A stretch of 64,000 nucleotides of DNA from Mytilus californianus (Eukaryota), in NCBI RefSeq assembly GCF_021869535.1, contig NW_026262637.1, positions 28,396,001 to 28,460,000 on the forward strand, read 5' to 3'. Positions 47,091 to 61,177 of this stretch are shown one piece after another (the first letter of the stretch is position 1; each line of letters opens with the position of its first letter). The position numbers and the translations under genes were made by a program. Under the pieces are notes generated by a model. It made no database searches, was not told the origin of the DNA, and worked only from the letters and a program-made list of their open reading frames with translations.

Positions 47091-50000
47091 TCCTAACTTG
47101 TTTATGTAATTTTGTTTTAGTATCAACAACTCCACTGTAATCATTTTAGTTCATCTTTTCAGTGAAGGTCGGAATGACATTTCGTATTGCGCGTTGGATT
47201 TTTTTACTTTCAATGGTATTTTTTATATTAAAGTAGTCAACAAAACCATAGATGATCATGTATAGGTTTATACATCTATGTATGACAAAACAAACAGCAT
47301 CCACATTTTTGTCAATTTCTACGTCGAGTTATTTCCCTTCTACCGTATTATTGAATTTTACAAAAGTAACGGAAATATTTGAGGTTATTGCTTAACAACG
47401 AAGAAACATTTATGCATGTTTATTACTTACCTTAAAAGTGGTCTAGCATAATTTGACGATTGAAATGTGACAAAATTAAAGAAATGACGAAAGTATGTGG
47501 CCGATGTTTAAGACCTTTAGCTTTGTAAAGGGAAATAGTTGGATTGTGTGTCAAACGTCCAGTATTTTTTATAAACATTCAAAAGGAGGAAAAATTAACA
47601 ATTTATACAATCGGTAGATTCTGCAAATTTGGTCACCCTGGATTAAGGACAGGCGAATAGGACTGTCATTAATAAATGAGATTATGATAAATATGGTCAG
47701 AAAATTCCTTGCATCGGACCATTAACAGATCCACAAACATATGTTGCGATTATTTTAACGGTGAGGCGTGCACTGTCTCCATAACGACGCGTTAACATCC
47801 CCATTTCGACCGGACGTTGCAATATATTTATAAATCCCACAAAGCATGGGTTGTAATACCGAAAGGGAGCAGTCAAGGCGGCGATATTTTTAGACCCCAG
47901 TCAACCCTTTGGGATTGTTTGCGGTGTCGTTATAAAACTTCAATGACTTTAAAATAACAGGACAAACAAAATGTTTTCAGAATTGTAAAGAACTAAAAAT
48001 AAAGAAATTTAAAACAAACGCACAATGTTTTGTTCCAATGAGAATACCGAGTATAAACTGCTCTTAAAAATTACACCTTGTAAAGAACACACCATGAAAG
48101 CATTAAACGTGATTTCAAAGATCAAAGAAGATAAAAGAAAAATAGGGAAAAAATCTGGCCCCTAAACTTAATATTCATTACGAACAAAAATCTCGCGATA
48201 CAGGAACGAATTCAGTTTATATAAGAATAAAAGGATTTGCGGGGCGTACGACAAGGAGATTAAAACTCAACGACATTTTTCTTAAGAATAACGAGTTTCT
48301 GCTTTTCTAGTTACACCCATCATGACGCTAAGTTTATATTCGGTGCGAATGCATCAGACAATATGCAACTATCCCTTTTTAATTATCAACAAGCAAATTA
48401 TTTAGTTTTATTTTACTTGCATTCTGTAATTGAGATCCCGCCTACGATAGAAGGGGCATTTTGTTTTTCCGGTCTGTGCGTCCGTCCGTAAGTCCTCTCT
48501 CTGTAAGTACTCATCGTTTCACGTTAAAGATTTAATTGAGTGCAGTTTACCAGGAAGATGCATGTGGTTACATCAACTCGAAACTTCTTGCATATATTAC
48601 AATAAAGAGATGTAGTATGATTGCCAATGAGACAACTTTCCACCATACCGTATAGTCAGCTTTAAAAGGTCCCGACATGACAAAATGTGTCACATTTCAA
48701 ACGAAAAAACTAACGGCCTGATTTATAACATAACCATTAACGGAAAACAAATATGACAGACATGAACCAACGAAACGACTCATTTACATGCCCCTGACTT
48801 AGGACAGACACACGATGAATGTGGCGGGATAAAACCTGTCTATGAGCGCTCAAACCATAATTATGTTTATCATAATGCAAACGTTATAAAATATATGCCG
48901 CAGTAGAGTTTTGACCAAAATTTCGCGGTTCGTTATTTAACAACAAAAAATTGCGATGGTGTGAAATCAGGACATTTTCAGGTTAATGCTTTGTTTAATG
49001 GTAGTTTACCATAAACTTGTGGTCACATCAACTTGAAATTTAATACACATGTTCATTATAATGAAATAAAAAAAAGATATATGAAAAATGAGGGTTTTGA
49101 CCCACATTTAGTGATTCACACAATACATTAATGAAAATATGTATTAATGTGAAAATGCAAGCGGGACATGGTGTCCTATGGTCACATATTCTTGTATCTC
49201 TCAGAAGTATGGTATTATATCTTTGATAGTAAATATAGAAGTTATAAGAAAGCCAATTACGTTTTGGCCCCTTGAATTTGAAAATCAATACAAAAAAACT
49301 CTGGTAGATTTTCATAAGGCATTAATCTGTCAGCTGCAGATAGAGTATTGAAATATTTGAAATTTGACATACATATTTTCCTTTTGACTTCTTTATTTTC
49401 TGATTATGGAAATGATGCAAAAGTATCTCCATTTGAGATTTTTTCATTAGTATTTAGCTAAGAGCCAAAGCCACCAAAAAATAATATTTTGCTACAAAAT
49501 ATCTTGTATAAAGGTGTTACTTTTTATGGTATGGGAAAGTATCTTTCAGAGTAAGACTGGGGCTCAAATTTTAATTTTACCAATACCATATGTAAAATGG
49601 CCGTTGAAAGTCCAAGTTATAGTCAAGTCGGAAATAAAAATAAAACAGTGTAAATGAATCAAATCAAACCGTAGCTTCAAAATAAATCGCAGATGGTAAA
49701 TAAGCTATCAACTAAAATGTATCACGTCATAGCTAATGTTTTTGTTGTTGTTATTTTCAGAATTTATAGAAAGGAAGATCTATAATAACCTCAATATAAC
49801 TTATTTACAATTAGTTTTTAGACATGGGGCGTTTAGACCCTGATATTTAGACATGGGGCGTTTAGGCCCTGATATATAATTGGTACAGTTCTATGGCATG
49901 AAGACTGCATGACTTTTGTTCACTTGTCTTTTGGTTATTTGTGGCGTTGAGTTGCTGTCTAATTAACTCATATTGGTGTAAGTGACTATACGGTCACCGA

Positions 50001-53000
50001 ACGGTCTTGAACAATGAATGAGAAAAGCCAATGCCGTATAGTCGGCTATCAAAGGCCCAACATTTACGTGACATATGATGTCAGAGAAGATACTAAGACT
50101 ATGCGCTATAACCAGTGAAAGTGGTACATGCAACTGTTGTCGTCTGTCATAAGTCATGTGTTATGTACAGGTGCCATAATGTCGGACAACAGGGAAATAT
50201 GGCACTTGTTATCTCGGAAAGATTCTTTGTGTAAAAGTTTTTGGTGATTATGGTGCCAACACAGTCCAGTGTGATCATTACTAAGATTTGACGACCACAA
50301 ACTTAGATATACTATTCGAGGAAATGTAAATATAATAATTTAAATTAAGAGGGAAAAAGGCAAGGATAATCCTAAGCATAAAAGAAAATGTAACCATTAG
50401 GATATTAAAAAAACCGTATGTCGTTTGTCGCAAAGTGTATTCGGTGACAGTACATTGATGCTTAGGGTGAAATTGAAGAAAATGGCATATTGTAAGATGA
50501 TGTATAAACCCCTTGCGAAACAGCACCACAAAGTCCAAGAAGAACTCTTTATCTTTCTACCGTTTTGTTTCTATTTTGATAAGTTGACTTTTATTTTGTT
50601 CGGTTTTGTGATAATAGTTTGGTTGGTTTGTACTTTGTTATATGTTTGTTGTTTATTTGTTTGGTATCTTTTCCGTTCAATGGAGGAAGTGTTTCACCAT
50701 TAACATGAAAATGAATTTAATTATCAGTGGAAATGTTACTAAGACTGTGGTAAACCAATTTATGATTAAAATAAATTCTTTAGTTTATTCAGGTTCAAAT
50801 TAATTCAAAATAAACTTTGAAACATATTGCGTTTTATCTGGGGTTGAATTTATCCTTTGAAATAAACTCTGTTTAAAAAAAAATAAAATCACATCTTGCG
50901 GTAAAAGTAAAATACGTATAGAACACTAATAACACACTTATGTTTGCGTGAAGACGCTGTTGCGTGCTATTTGGTTGTTGTTTTTTTTTTTTCAACACAT
51001 AGAAAGTGTGAAATATGGTTCTAGATTACATTAAAGTAGAGCCAAAATGGATGCCCCTCTATATACATGGTGTTCTTGTCGGATGGGAGAGGACATATCA
51101 GATTATTATTTATGCTGGATTTAGACGAGTGCGATATCAAATATTGAAGAAAGATTAACTTTAACGAAATTTACACACAGTCTCAATTGCATTGAGCAAA
51201 CAGATTTCACCATATATGCACTATAGTTATAAAATCTCGTTATCATTAATACAATAACGAACCTTTTGATACGCAGTGAAATGTTTTGTTAATTAATGAC
51301 AGTCAGATAGTTTCACTAGCTGCACACGACAAACATAAAAATGCTTTCCATTAACCAAAACATAATAAACAGCGATATCTAGACAGATATTAAAAGCTAT
51401 TAAATGAAATATTACGAAATTTGTGTAAATAAAGAAACGATGGATGATCGTATCTCCTTCGTCGAGTGGGTAAATGAAACTAAAAACACAAGAAAAAGCG
51501 AGACTTATTTTTGTAGAAAATAAAACTGAATGACCTATATCACCGACCCGTAACCCAAACTTCTTTACAGATGCTTCGTCACTGCTTTACTATCAAAACC
51601 CAAATCAAAGAGCCAATTTGATCCGTGGAAAATGGGAAGCTATAATTTATCCTTAAATGGTCTTATCCTTTGTTAGAAAAATAAATTTTATTAGATGTAA
51701 TCCTATCTGAATGCGAGCTCTATAACTAAAGGTATTGACTCTGATACATGGCAAATTAGCCGCAAGGTGGGAAAACTACCACTAACTTATATTTTGGCAA
51801 TGAAAGAGGATGTGCTTAATTTCTTTAAATCTTTGGATTCCTGAACAGGTGTGATTATTGATAAAAAATCTATTTGGGATTTTAATAAAATCACAAAATA
51901 TCCCACGATCGGACTCAGTTTTGGACAGGAAGAAATCTGAATGGTTTTGTTCTACCTTTATTTAATTCTTTCAAATTTAAAAAAGAAGTTCATGTTTCAA
52001 ACAAAAACATTTGTCATTGTTTGAACTAGAATAGATTGGCATTCTTTGAAAAGAGTGTCATCTTCTACAACAGGTGTTTTTGTTAAGCGAAATAAAAGAA
52101 ATCAGCGTAAAACATTGGCAGATCAATGAACAAAGGTAGTAATGATAATAATAGACATCCGAGACAATTCGGGAAATTGTTGCCGACCAATGTACTAGTT
52201 AATTTTATTTTAAAATGCTGTTCTTAATTATAAAATCGTTTTTTAATGTGGACTCTGTGAAAAGTGTTTTAATGTTGGGATAATATGCTCTTACTAGGGA
52301 GCATCTTGTGGTGTTTAATCTTTATTGTTTTATTATTTTTCCGTTACTTCCTTACTAGGGTTTTGTCCATTTCCACATTGTCTTATTTATTAAAAAAAGG
52401 TCATACTCGCGTAGCAAATATGTTAGAAAGTGTTGCTTGTCTGTGAAATTGTGTGTAGAATGTGTGTTGCAAGTGAGTGAAATAGTGTGTAGAATGTGTG
52501 CAGAATGTGTGCGAAGTAAGAACAGCATATGGATACTTCAAAGACAATCTCAACAAGTCATTTGCGTTAACCGTGTTTACATTATTTACAGATAATAGCA
52601 ATATAACCGTGGTTTAAGTTCGGAAACTGTTGTATTGATAATAATGGGGTCAATATTGATACTATCTAGATATATCTTATGTAAGTTATTTTAATTGAAA
52701 ACAGCATTAACTCATTGAAGTTTTCTTTCTCAACTTAATTACCATAGATTCACACCCTGTAACAGATATAAGTACATGTTGCAAGTATTTAAGTACAGAG
52801 AAATTATATATATATTTTTTCTGGGTCTACAATTTTTATTGAGATTACTTGAATGTCGCACCTTTATTTACACTACCATAGACCGATCCATACTCAGCTC
52901 CTCTTAACGATTCTCATTGAAATCCACTCAAGAATATGATTGACGAAGGCAGTGTACAAAAACTTCCAATAACAATTATTACGCATGGCTTTGATTGCCA

Positions 53001-55657
53001 AGTTTAACTTCATTTTTATCTACTTGTAAGCGTTAATTCCACTAATTAACGCACATAAACCAATTAACGCCGATGTTACGGGTAAACACTCAAACCGGAA
53101 GTGTCACGTCGACGTTCAAAGGAGAGAAATATGTTGGAGTACTCGTTGATCCTTTTGGTATTCGCTGATTTTGTTTATTTCTAGAATCATTATCGCCCAT
53201 TTCGGTGTGTTAACACCGACTTACAATATGTTTCAGACAATAGAAAATAAAATCAAAAGACAAAAAGCACAACCATTTTACTGAGGGATCGGACTGAAAG
53301 AACAATAAGTCATTTATTATATTGCCTCGTCAAAGTGGTTTCGTTTAAAAGGGAAAAAAAGGTATGGCGGGTCCTAAATATCGTTCACAGAACAAAGAAT
53401 TATTTGCACTTGACCATTGAGTTTTCTATATATGACATACCATCTACTAAAAAGTAAAATAACAAAAATAACGAACTCCAAGGAAAATTCAAATAGGAAA
53501 GTCCCTTATCAAATGGCAAAATCAAAAGCTCAAACACATCGAACATCTAAGTTTATGCTATATCAACAAACTCAATTGTGTGTTCGTGTTCACAAAAGTG
53601 CTTGCTGTTTCAAAATTTGAAACATGAATTTGATTAAAAGAATAAAATAGGAGGAAGTGAGAATTCAATGTCATTCAGTTACAAACAAGTACGCCAACGT
53701 ATGCCCTAAATATCAATTCTGAAGAAAAAGGAATTCAGCATCAAGAAACAATGGAATAGCACTCCAGTCCTCTCTTTTTAGGGAAAAATTCCAGGAAGTT
53801 TGATCAGTGGCTTCCTGTTTTTGAAAAATGTGTTCCTGATCTCGCTATATAAATCATAAATTAGTGAATGGCATGGTAAAATTGGTCATAAACTTTCTTC
53901 TAGTAAGTTATGGACCATATTTCCGGAGGAACCGGAAAGACAAATATTGTTATAATCAGCCTTTCATGGAACACATCACGACAAATAAACGCTTTTTCTT
54001 TCAGATGTTTGTTATTTTATTTGAGAGAACTGTCACGTTCTGAGACAATTGCTATAAAAATATTGTCAATTTCATCTTTATTTGACAAAAAAATCTAAAG
54101 CAGACAATCCAAATATAATTAAAAAGACTAAACCGATAGAATACGATATTCACCGGAAAATGTCCGAAATATTGTCACAAATGGCCAACTCGTTATGTCC
54201 TCTTCACGTCGTTAAGCAGCTAAGATCAATTTCACGTGTCAATTTCCGACTGTTTATGCATTGATTCTAAGTGTTTTTATTGCATTTGTCCAATGTTAGC
54301 ATCATATTGTTATAATTTAGTGACTGTATTGAAGAAAAGCGACTTTTTGTTCCAATATTATCTAGACAGATACAATGATTTACTAGTATCAGGAACGATT
54401 TTTGACTTGTTATGACTGTAGAAACTGTAACTATATTCCACCTCGCGATTGGGTGTATACGTGTAATTATTGACGACGTAAATGCTTCTTTAAATATGGT
54501 AGAGACTATGAAATGGTAACGAAAAATTAATTGATCAATGTTTTATGCAAAAAAATGAAATTTCATTTGTTTTTCAATCTTAAAATAGAAAACTTCAAAC
54601 ACTTGCGAATAATCATTTAAATTTTGTTTTAATAAACAAAACCAATTGCGGAACATCCGGTGTTTTAACCAATAAATGTCTTTGATTTGTTCATTGACAC
54701 AGGTCAGCAATATACAAAGATTTGCGTGGGACTGATCAGCTATAGTATAATACTATAAAACAAACTAAAGAACTCTGTCACCTTTTCATATATCGTTTTT
54801 CAAGATATAACATACTTGTAACGCTTTGTCACCATAATTTAACTTTTGAACATGTAAAATATGACACATACTCCTCCCAACTTTTCACTTAAAAAGCTTT
54901 TTCAATACCTTTGTCATATTTTGTTGCACAAAACGACATTCATCTCACTGGTAATACAAGTAAGGTCGTGTTATAGTTGCCCAGGGCAAAGTTGTGCTTC
55001 GGTACAGACACTGTGCACATATAGTTATTAAAATGCCTTTTTGTTTCATTTATTTACTAAATAATAAAGTTGAATTAATGCATGCGCTGTCTTTGTTTTA
55101 TTGGGCTTTTATTGTGTTTAACTGCTTGTTATAAACTAAGTTGACGTTTTTAGATTCGGCTAAGATCTATTGTTTGTGGTTCGTCTAAAGTGAGGTTGAC
55201 AATGCATGTATAGTCTGGTTTTACAGACAATTAATTTAAGGTTGCTCGGTGCTTAACTTTTCTACCATGTAGGTATCATGAACCATTTAATCAGAACAGA
55301 TTCCAAGAAAGAGACAAAATGTTAGCAGTGTAGGTCTTATTTAATTCGTAAGCAACGATAAAAAAATACAAAATTTGGGTCCTGCAATAGTCTTAATTGT
55401 TATCCTGGCAAATCTACCACTTAGTTGCAAAATATTCTGGGGGAGGGTAGGGGGGAAGGATTGGCTACAGGTGTTGGGTTTTTTTTTTGTTTCATCAAAC
55501 TCCCAAAGTGTCAGGACCTTTACTTTATAGTTTAAGCGGAGATTTTTTTAATTGACCAGTCAGAGCCAAAAGATTGCCCCAGGCTGTCAAATGAGCAATA
55601 ATTGTAGCATACCTTCAAAACAGCATTCTATGTAAGGGGGCTAAAAATAGGCAAATA

Positions 55658-55830
55658 GATATAAGAAGATGTGGTATGAGTGCCAATGAGACAACTCTCC
55701 ATCCAAGTCACAATTAGTAAAAGTAAACTATTATTGGTCAAATACGGCCTTCAACACGGAGCCTTGGCTCACACCGAACAGCAAGCTATAAAGGGCCCCA
55801 AAAATGACTAGTGTAAAACCATTCAAACAA
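55658..55830 (+). repeat. Copy of the 'aagaagatgtggtatga(g/t)tgccaatgagacaact' family
   Basis: The same terminus recurs near 5278, 9038, 17172, 27953 and 48605, and reversed near 37410, 57500 and 61177. Confidence 0.8.
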
Positions 55831-56375
55831 AAACATTTGTTGTTGATTATAATGGGGGATGGCATTTTTTAAATTTAATTGGCAGTGTACTAAATGCCTG
55901 CATTTTTTCTCTACTTTAATTTCTATGTTTATGCACAATCACTTAGTGCTAATTTAAAAAAGAGGTTGTCCCAACGCTTAAATCACATCAAAAAGTTTCG
56001 GCATTCATATATCTACGCTCCCTCTAGATATAATCTACATCGCATCTTATTCATTGAGATACCGCTAAAACTGTTCAACAAACATTTCAAATATTAAGTG
56101 AATAGTGAATTTTCCATTTCTAAGTAGTGCAATACCTTCGTCTCCTGTGTACTGTGCTTACAATTAATTCTCTATAAAGGAGTACTTAATACAGTGACTC
56201 CCCTGAAAGAACAAATGTAGTCTCAGTTTTGTTTTGTTCTGAGGTTATTGACATTTTGTTATCTTTGTAAGCGTTTACTCATGTACTCGAATAAAAAAAA
56301 TATAAATGACATAATCTATCAACAATTGTCGATAATATACAAAAAAATGGGACTTGAAAATTAACATTCTTAGTA

Positions 56376-56423
<48 letters not shown>

Positions 56424-59400
56424 AATTGATCGAGCTCTCAATTATTCGGACAACCAATTCTAAATCAAACAATTATGAATAATTTGGTTGCTTACAGCTT
56501 TACGTCATGGCCGAGCAACACGAACCTCACCAAAACAGGGCGTGAACTCAAGTGCTCCGGGAGGGTAAGCAGTTATTTCTCCACACGTGGTACCCATCGT
56601 AAGTAAAAATCCGGTAATAAGTTTCATTCGGTGATGTCAAAATCTATAAGAAAAGGGGGGTTGTGGTTAAGACAATTGGAACATAGATTTTAAAGCTGTA
56701 ACCATTTTACTTCTTTTGTACAGTTGAAAACAAACACTTGGTATAATCACAATAGCACAATAGATAAAATGGATGTAGAAATAATTCACAGCATGGTCAT
56801 GGTAGTACAACTGATAATCGCTTCTTTCACCGGTATAGTTTGGCACTGCCTTGTTTTGGAAACACACATGTTAATAATTGTTTGGTATGAGAAACTTTAA
56901 AAAGGTTTTTTTATCTGCATTTGTTACATGCACAGGGTAAAAATCAAAAATTTATTGAAACGTATTAGAGTTTTATTTTAACGATTTTACATAAAATCAA
57001 AATGTTATACAATGTTGTTGAAGAACAATATTGATATATAACAAAATTTTACATGTGTTTGTAAATTTGGCATAGACGGACGGACATTCGTGGAAATTCG
57101 TAGCCAGATTGAAATAGTTTTTATCTCATGAGAATACTGAACTTTGCTTATTTCAGAATTTGGCTGTTATAAAGAATGTCCCACTTATTCGTTTCCGTTT
57201 TTTTTTCAATATTTCAAATTTATCAAAATCTATCATAAATGTGGTTTCCGGTCTTTTTTTAAAGAATTTATTATGTGGTAAAATGTTCAGAAAAATATAT
57301 CATAATAGAATCATTTATATAATTTGAATATCCAGGATATCAATGTAACAATGCTACGGATGACAGATCGGGAGAAAATAGACTGATATTTTACTGCAAT
57401 GTTATCTTTCAGAATCTTGGTAGACAAAATAATTGCTTACATCTACTTCATTTGAACCTTGGTGGATAGTTGTCTCATTGGCAATCATACCAAATCTCCT
57501 TATTTTTATAAAATTGTATTTTTTGGATTCAGAAATTGGTGCATGAGAGAATTTGAATGGCGAGTTGTCATTGTTAGCACGCTCGATCAAACCATACAGC
57601 AATAGTAGATGTATCTTACTTTATGGTAACATTGTTAATGAAGCTCAGTCAAGATGGGGGTTGACATTTTCACTTTCTAAATGAATAAATTGTCGCATTA
57701 AGTTTTCATCTTGATTCCAAAAGCACATCAATTAATTTGAAGGCAATGACCACAAACAAATGAATATTAGTTTATAGGTCATCGGACATGTTAATTATTT
57801 GCTAATGTTTTGTGAGTTTTGAAATTAAAATACAATTTATATCCATCTTCAAGAATGATTGAAATATGTCACAGTTACAATTGTTTACCATGAAATTTGA
57901 ATTGATGACAGAAAATCAAATTTTGTGAAATTTTCTAGTCTAAGATAAGTAATCAACCGTAATCTTATTAATATATGATAATTCTATTGCAAAAAAATGA
58001 ATAAATGAATGCTCCAAGTGCAAAAACCTTAAATGAATTTCCCATAAATGAATATATTCTTTCTAGTTCGTATTGAAGTAAACATATGTCCGCTTAGTTA
58101 AGTCCTTTTGGCAAATCAGTTATTCATAGAAATTCACTACATACATATACATGAAACCGTAATTTATTCTTTTCGTATTTGAAATTTCAATTGTTATTTT
58201 ATTGCTAATACACCGAATGTATAATAAAGCAAATCTGCATCAAAATGAGTTAAATGAATAATTCTGTTTCATTTTAGCCAGTATGACTCGTTTAGTGAAG
58301 TCGAATGCATTTTTCAGATGGATACTATAAAACTGCACTCCTTTTCCTTCAGACTGTGTTAATGATAAGTTCAAGGATATAAATTCATTAGAGAAATTAA
58401 TTTAAGGAGGGTGTAGAAAACGAGATGTAAGTAGAGATCTTAACCTGTTACATTTTATGTCTTAGTTTTACGAGATCATTTGTCATTGTAACACCTCAAA
58501 ATAAATGTCTGTAACGCGTTACTTCCTGGTATTTTCAGCGCATGCGCATTATGGATAATACTGTGTGTCCATTTTAAGCAACAAAAAGAATGATAGTATA
58601 GTCTGAACATAAAATTTACTCAAGGTTGCTCTAACGATAATAGATTAACATGTAACTTTAAAATTGATGGAATCGTGCTCAAGATGTTTTATCTAAAAAC
58701 CAAAATTTATATCTATTTCATAAATTCTTGAATGAATAAATTTTATTATTACAAAGACAGTCTAGAAGGAAATACATTTATATCATATGTTTTGAAAAAT
58801 TTTTCTTACATTTTTCATTGACAAATGGACTCATTCACTTTTAACAGTTGTTGACAAATGCAGCATATTATCTTATAAATCAAGCTTACAGTTTATATAA
58901 ACTTGATACTTGCTACATTTGAATATTTCTTCACTAGCAATATGACAAAGAAAATGAGACAACAACCCAAAGACACACAAAACCAAAAGGTGCCTTGCGG
59001 TCAACATGCAGTTTACAATAATAGACATAGGTCAATTCAATATGCCAAGCTTTAAATTGCCACAGGCCTAATAATACATAGAATAATTAATTTGTTAATT
59101 TTCATTTAAACAAATTTTAAACGTTAGCAGTCTGGACTCAGATAAAAATCTCCTGATTGTTTCACTTCCGTGTGATTATTTTTGTGATAAAAGATGAAGA
59201 ATAAAAAGGGAAACAACACATTTTTGTATATTCTGTACTCGTGTTTCATCACTTGCACGCGGCTTGTTATTAATTGCATATTTTAATATCTTTTTAACAT
59301 TAAATAAAACGGCCGATTTAACTTGCGTTATACGAATATTGCACACAGTGTCATCCGAAACATTTAATTGCATACGTCTATAATGATAAAAATTCGTACG

Positions 59401-59879
59401 TTAATATTTCTTGTCACGGCAACCAATCAAGAACAGTAACAGTAAACTAAAACTAAAACTAATGTATAGCATTTCAAAATTTAAAAGAAAAAAAAACGCA
59501 TTTTGCCTGCGAAGACTTTGTTTTCTCAGAAGTAAATGTCAAATTTGCATGATTTTATAAAATTTTGTATTAGAGGGCATCTTATCCAAAACATATAAAT
59601 TCGTATATTGAATAGATACATACTCCAAATTTGCCAAAATCTAACAAAACGCAGTTTTAAGTCATCGTTCAGCATTCATTAATTGATTGTATGGTCGTTT
59701 CATTAGAATATCAAAGTACACGAACATTTGATACTGAGAATTTCAGTCAAGATTGAAAGACTTTTAAATAAAGGATCGGATACCTAACATATTTGATGGA
59801 AACTTATTATGTTTCGAACTTAGCATATCTTTTTAAGAACCTCAAGAGTTAACTGGGGTATAGCAATATAGTTACCCGA

Positions 59880-60250
59880 ACTTAACTTCTACCATTAGGA
59901 AGTAATTCCGTGCTAATTTAAGGCGTCCGTTCGGGTGTGCAGGATATGTCAATACGCAGCAACGTACGGTCGAAATGAGGACGCAAAACCATATGCCTCA
60001 TATAGAGATACTAGTAGTGTCGCTCTCTCTGTATGTTTATTTTAGAGGTCCGTAGGTGACTTGTTTGTAGGCAAGACTACTGTCCATATTCAACACACAT
60101 CCTGTGTTTCCCCATGTCTAAATTTCCCGCCCTTTAAACCGGTTAACCCACTTTGTACAACTAACCAGTTTAACCTATTGTTAATTCGTTTTTGTCCCGA
60201 TCTTGCTTGAAATATCTGCCACTTGACTTAACCATGCAATAATCAATCTA
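59880..60250 (+). mobile_element. Probable SINE
   Basis: Relatively GC-rich body ending gatcttgcttgaaatatctgccac...caataatcaatc, similar to the tail of the 22041 element. Confidence 0.4.
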
Positions 60251-60859
60251 CCCTTTTCATCTAAAGTTAACAAAAGTCAGTGTCATGATATGTTTATTTT
60301 TCAAATCGTGAACACAACATATACATGCAATATAAAAAAAAAACTAATATTTAAATGTTTTACTGAAAACCCTAATAATCAATTGGTATCCTTGTAAAAG
60401 AAAAGGGGGGAAATCAAAAACAAAAAGACAGACAAGCACATGGTCAAACGAAAAACGATGAACAGACAACAACAGTCCACAAAACACCTCACAGAAATCT
60501 AAAGATCGAGTAACACAAACCACACTTCAAACGGGGATGCCTTTATCTGTTCTAGAAGGGTACGTAGCTCTTGTTGCACCATCAACACAAGCAAAGCGTA
60601 AAATGCCGAATATTGCACTTTTCAAGAATTTTTCGTGAAGAGTCAAAAATGTAATTCTTATAGCTAGCAAGTTTTCTTAATTTGGCGAGTTTATATTTAG
60701 ACTGCATATTTCTGATAGATTTTTCAAAAACCATGAACATCTATTTAAATGGTTGCTGTTGTCTTACTTTTTGTTTACTCTTATCTTTTTACTGGAGACT
60801 GGTCATTGTTAGAAGTCTTATTTCTGGCTATTGTTTCAGGTAGGGTGAATGTTGGCGCC

Positions 60860-61177
60860 TATTAAAACTGTTTTAACCCACTGCATTTGTTTGCACCTTT
60901 CCTAAGTCAGGAACCTGATGTTCAGTGGTTGTCGTTTGTTGATGTGGTTCATAATTGTTTCTCGTTTCTCGTTTTTTATATAGATTAGACCGTTGGTTTT
61001 CCTGTTTGAATGGTTTTACACTAGTCATTTTTGGGGCCCTTTATAACTTGCTGTTTGGTGTGAGCCAAGGTTCCGTGTTGAAGGCCGTACTTTGACCTAT
61101 AATGGTTTACTTTTACAAATTGTGACTTGGATGGAGAGTTGTCTCATTGGCACTCATACCACATCTTCTTATATCTA
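60860..61177 (-). repeat. Long copy of the 'aagaagatgtggtatga' family
   Basis: Reverse complement matches 55658-55830 and extends to the tttaaccc...aagtcagga block also seen in the 11645 family. Confidence 0.8.

Noticed and set aside
50281-50703. Overlapping hydrophobic ORFs as a membrane-protein exon
   Set aside because: No recognisable motif or convincing splice pair; AT-rich composition explains the hydrophobicity.
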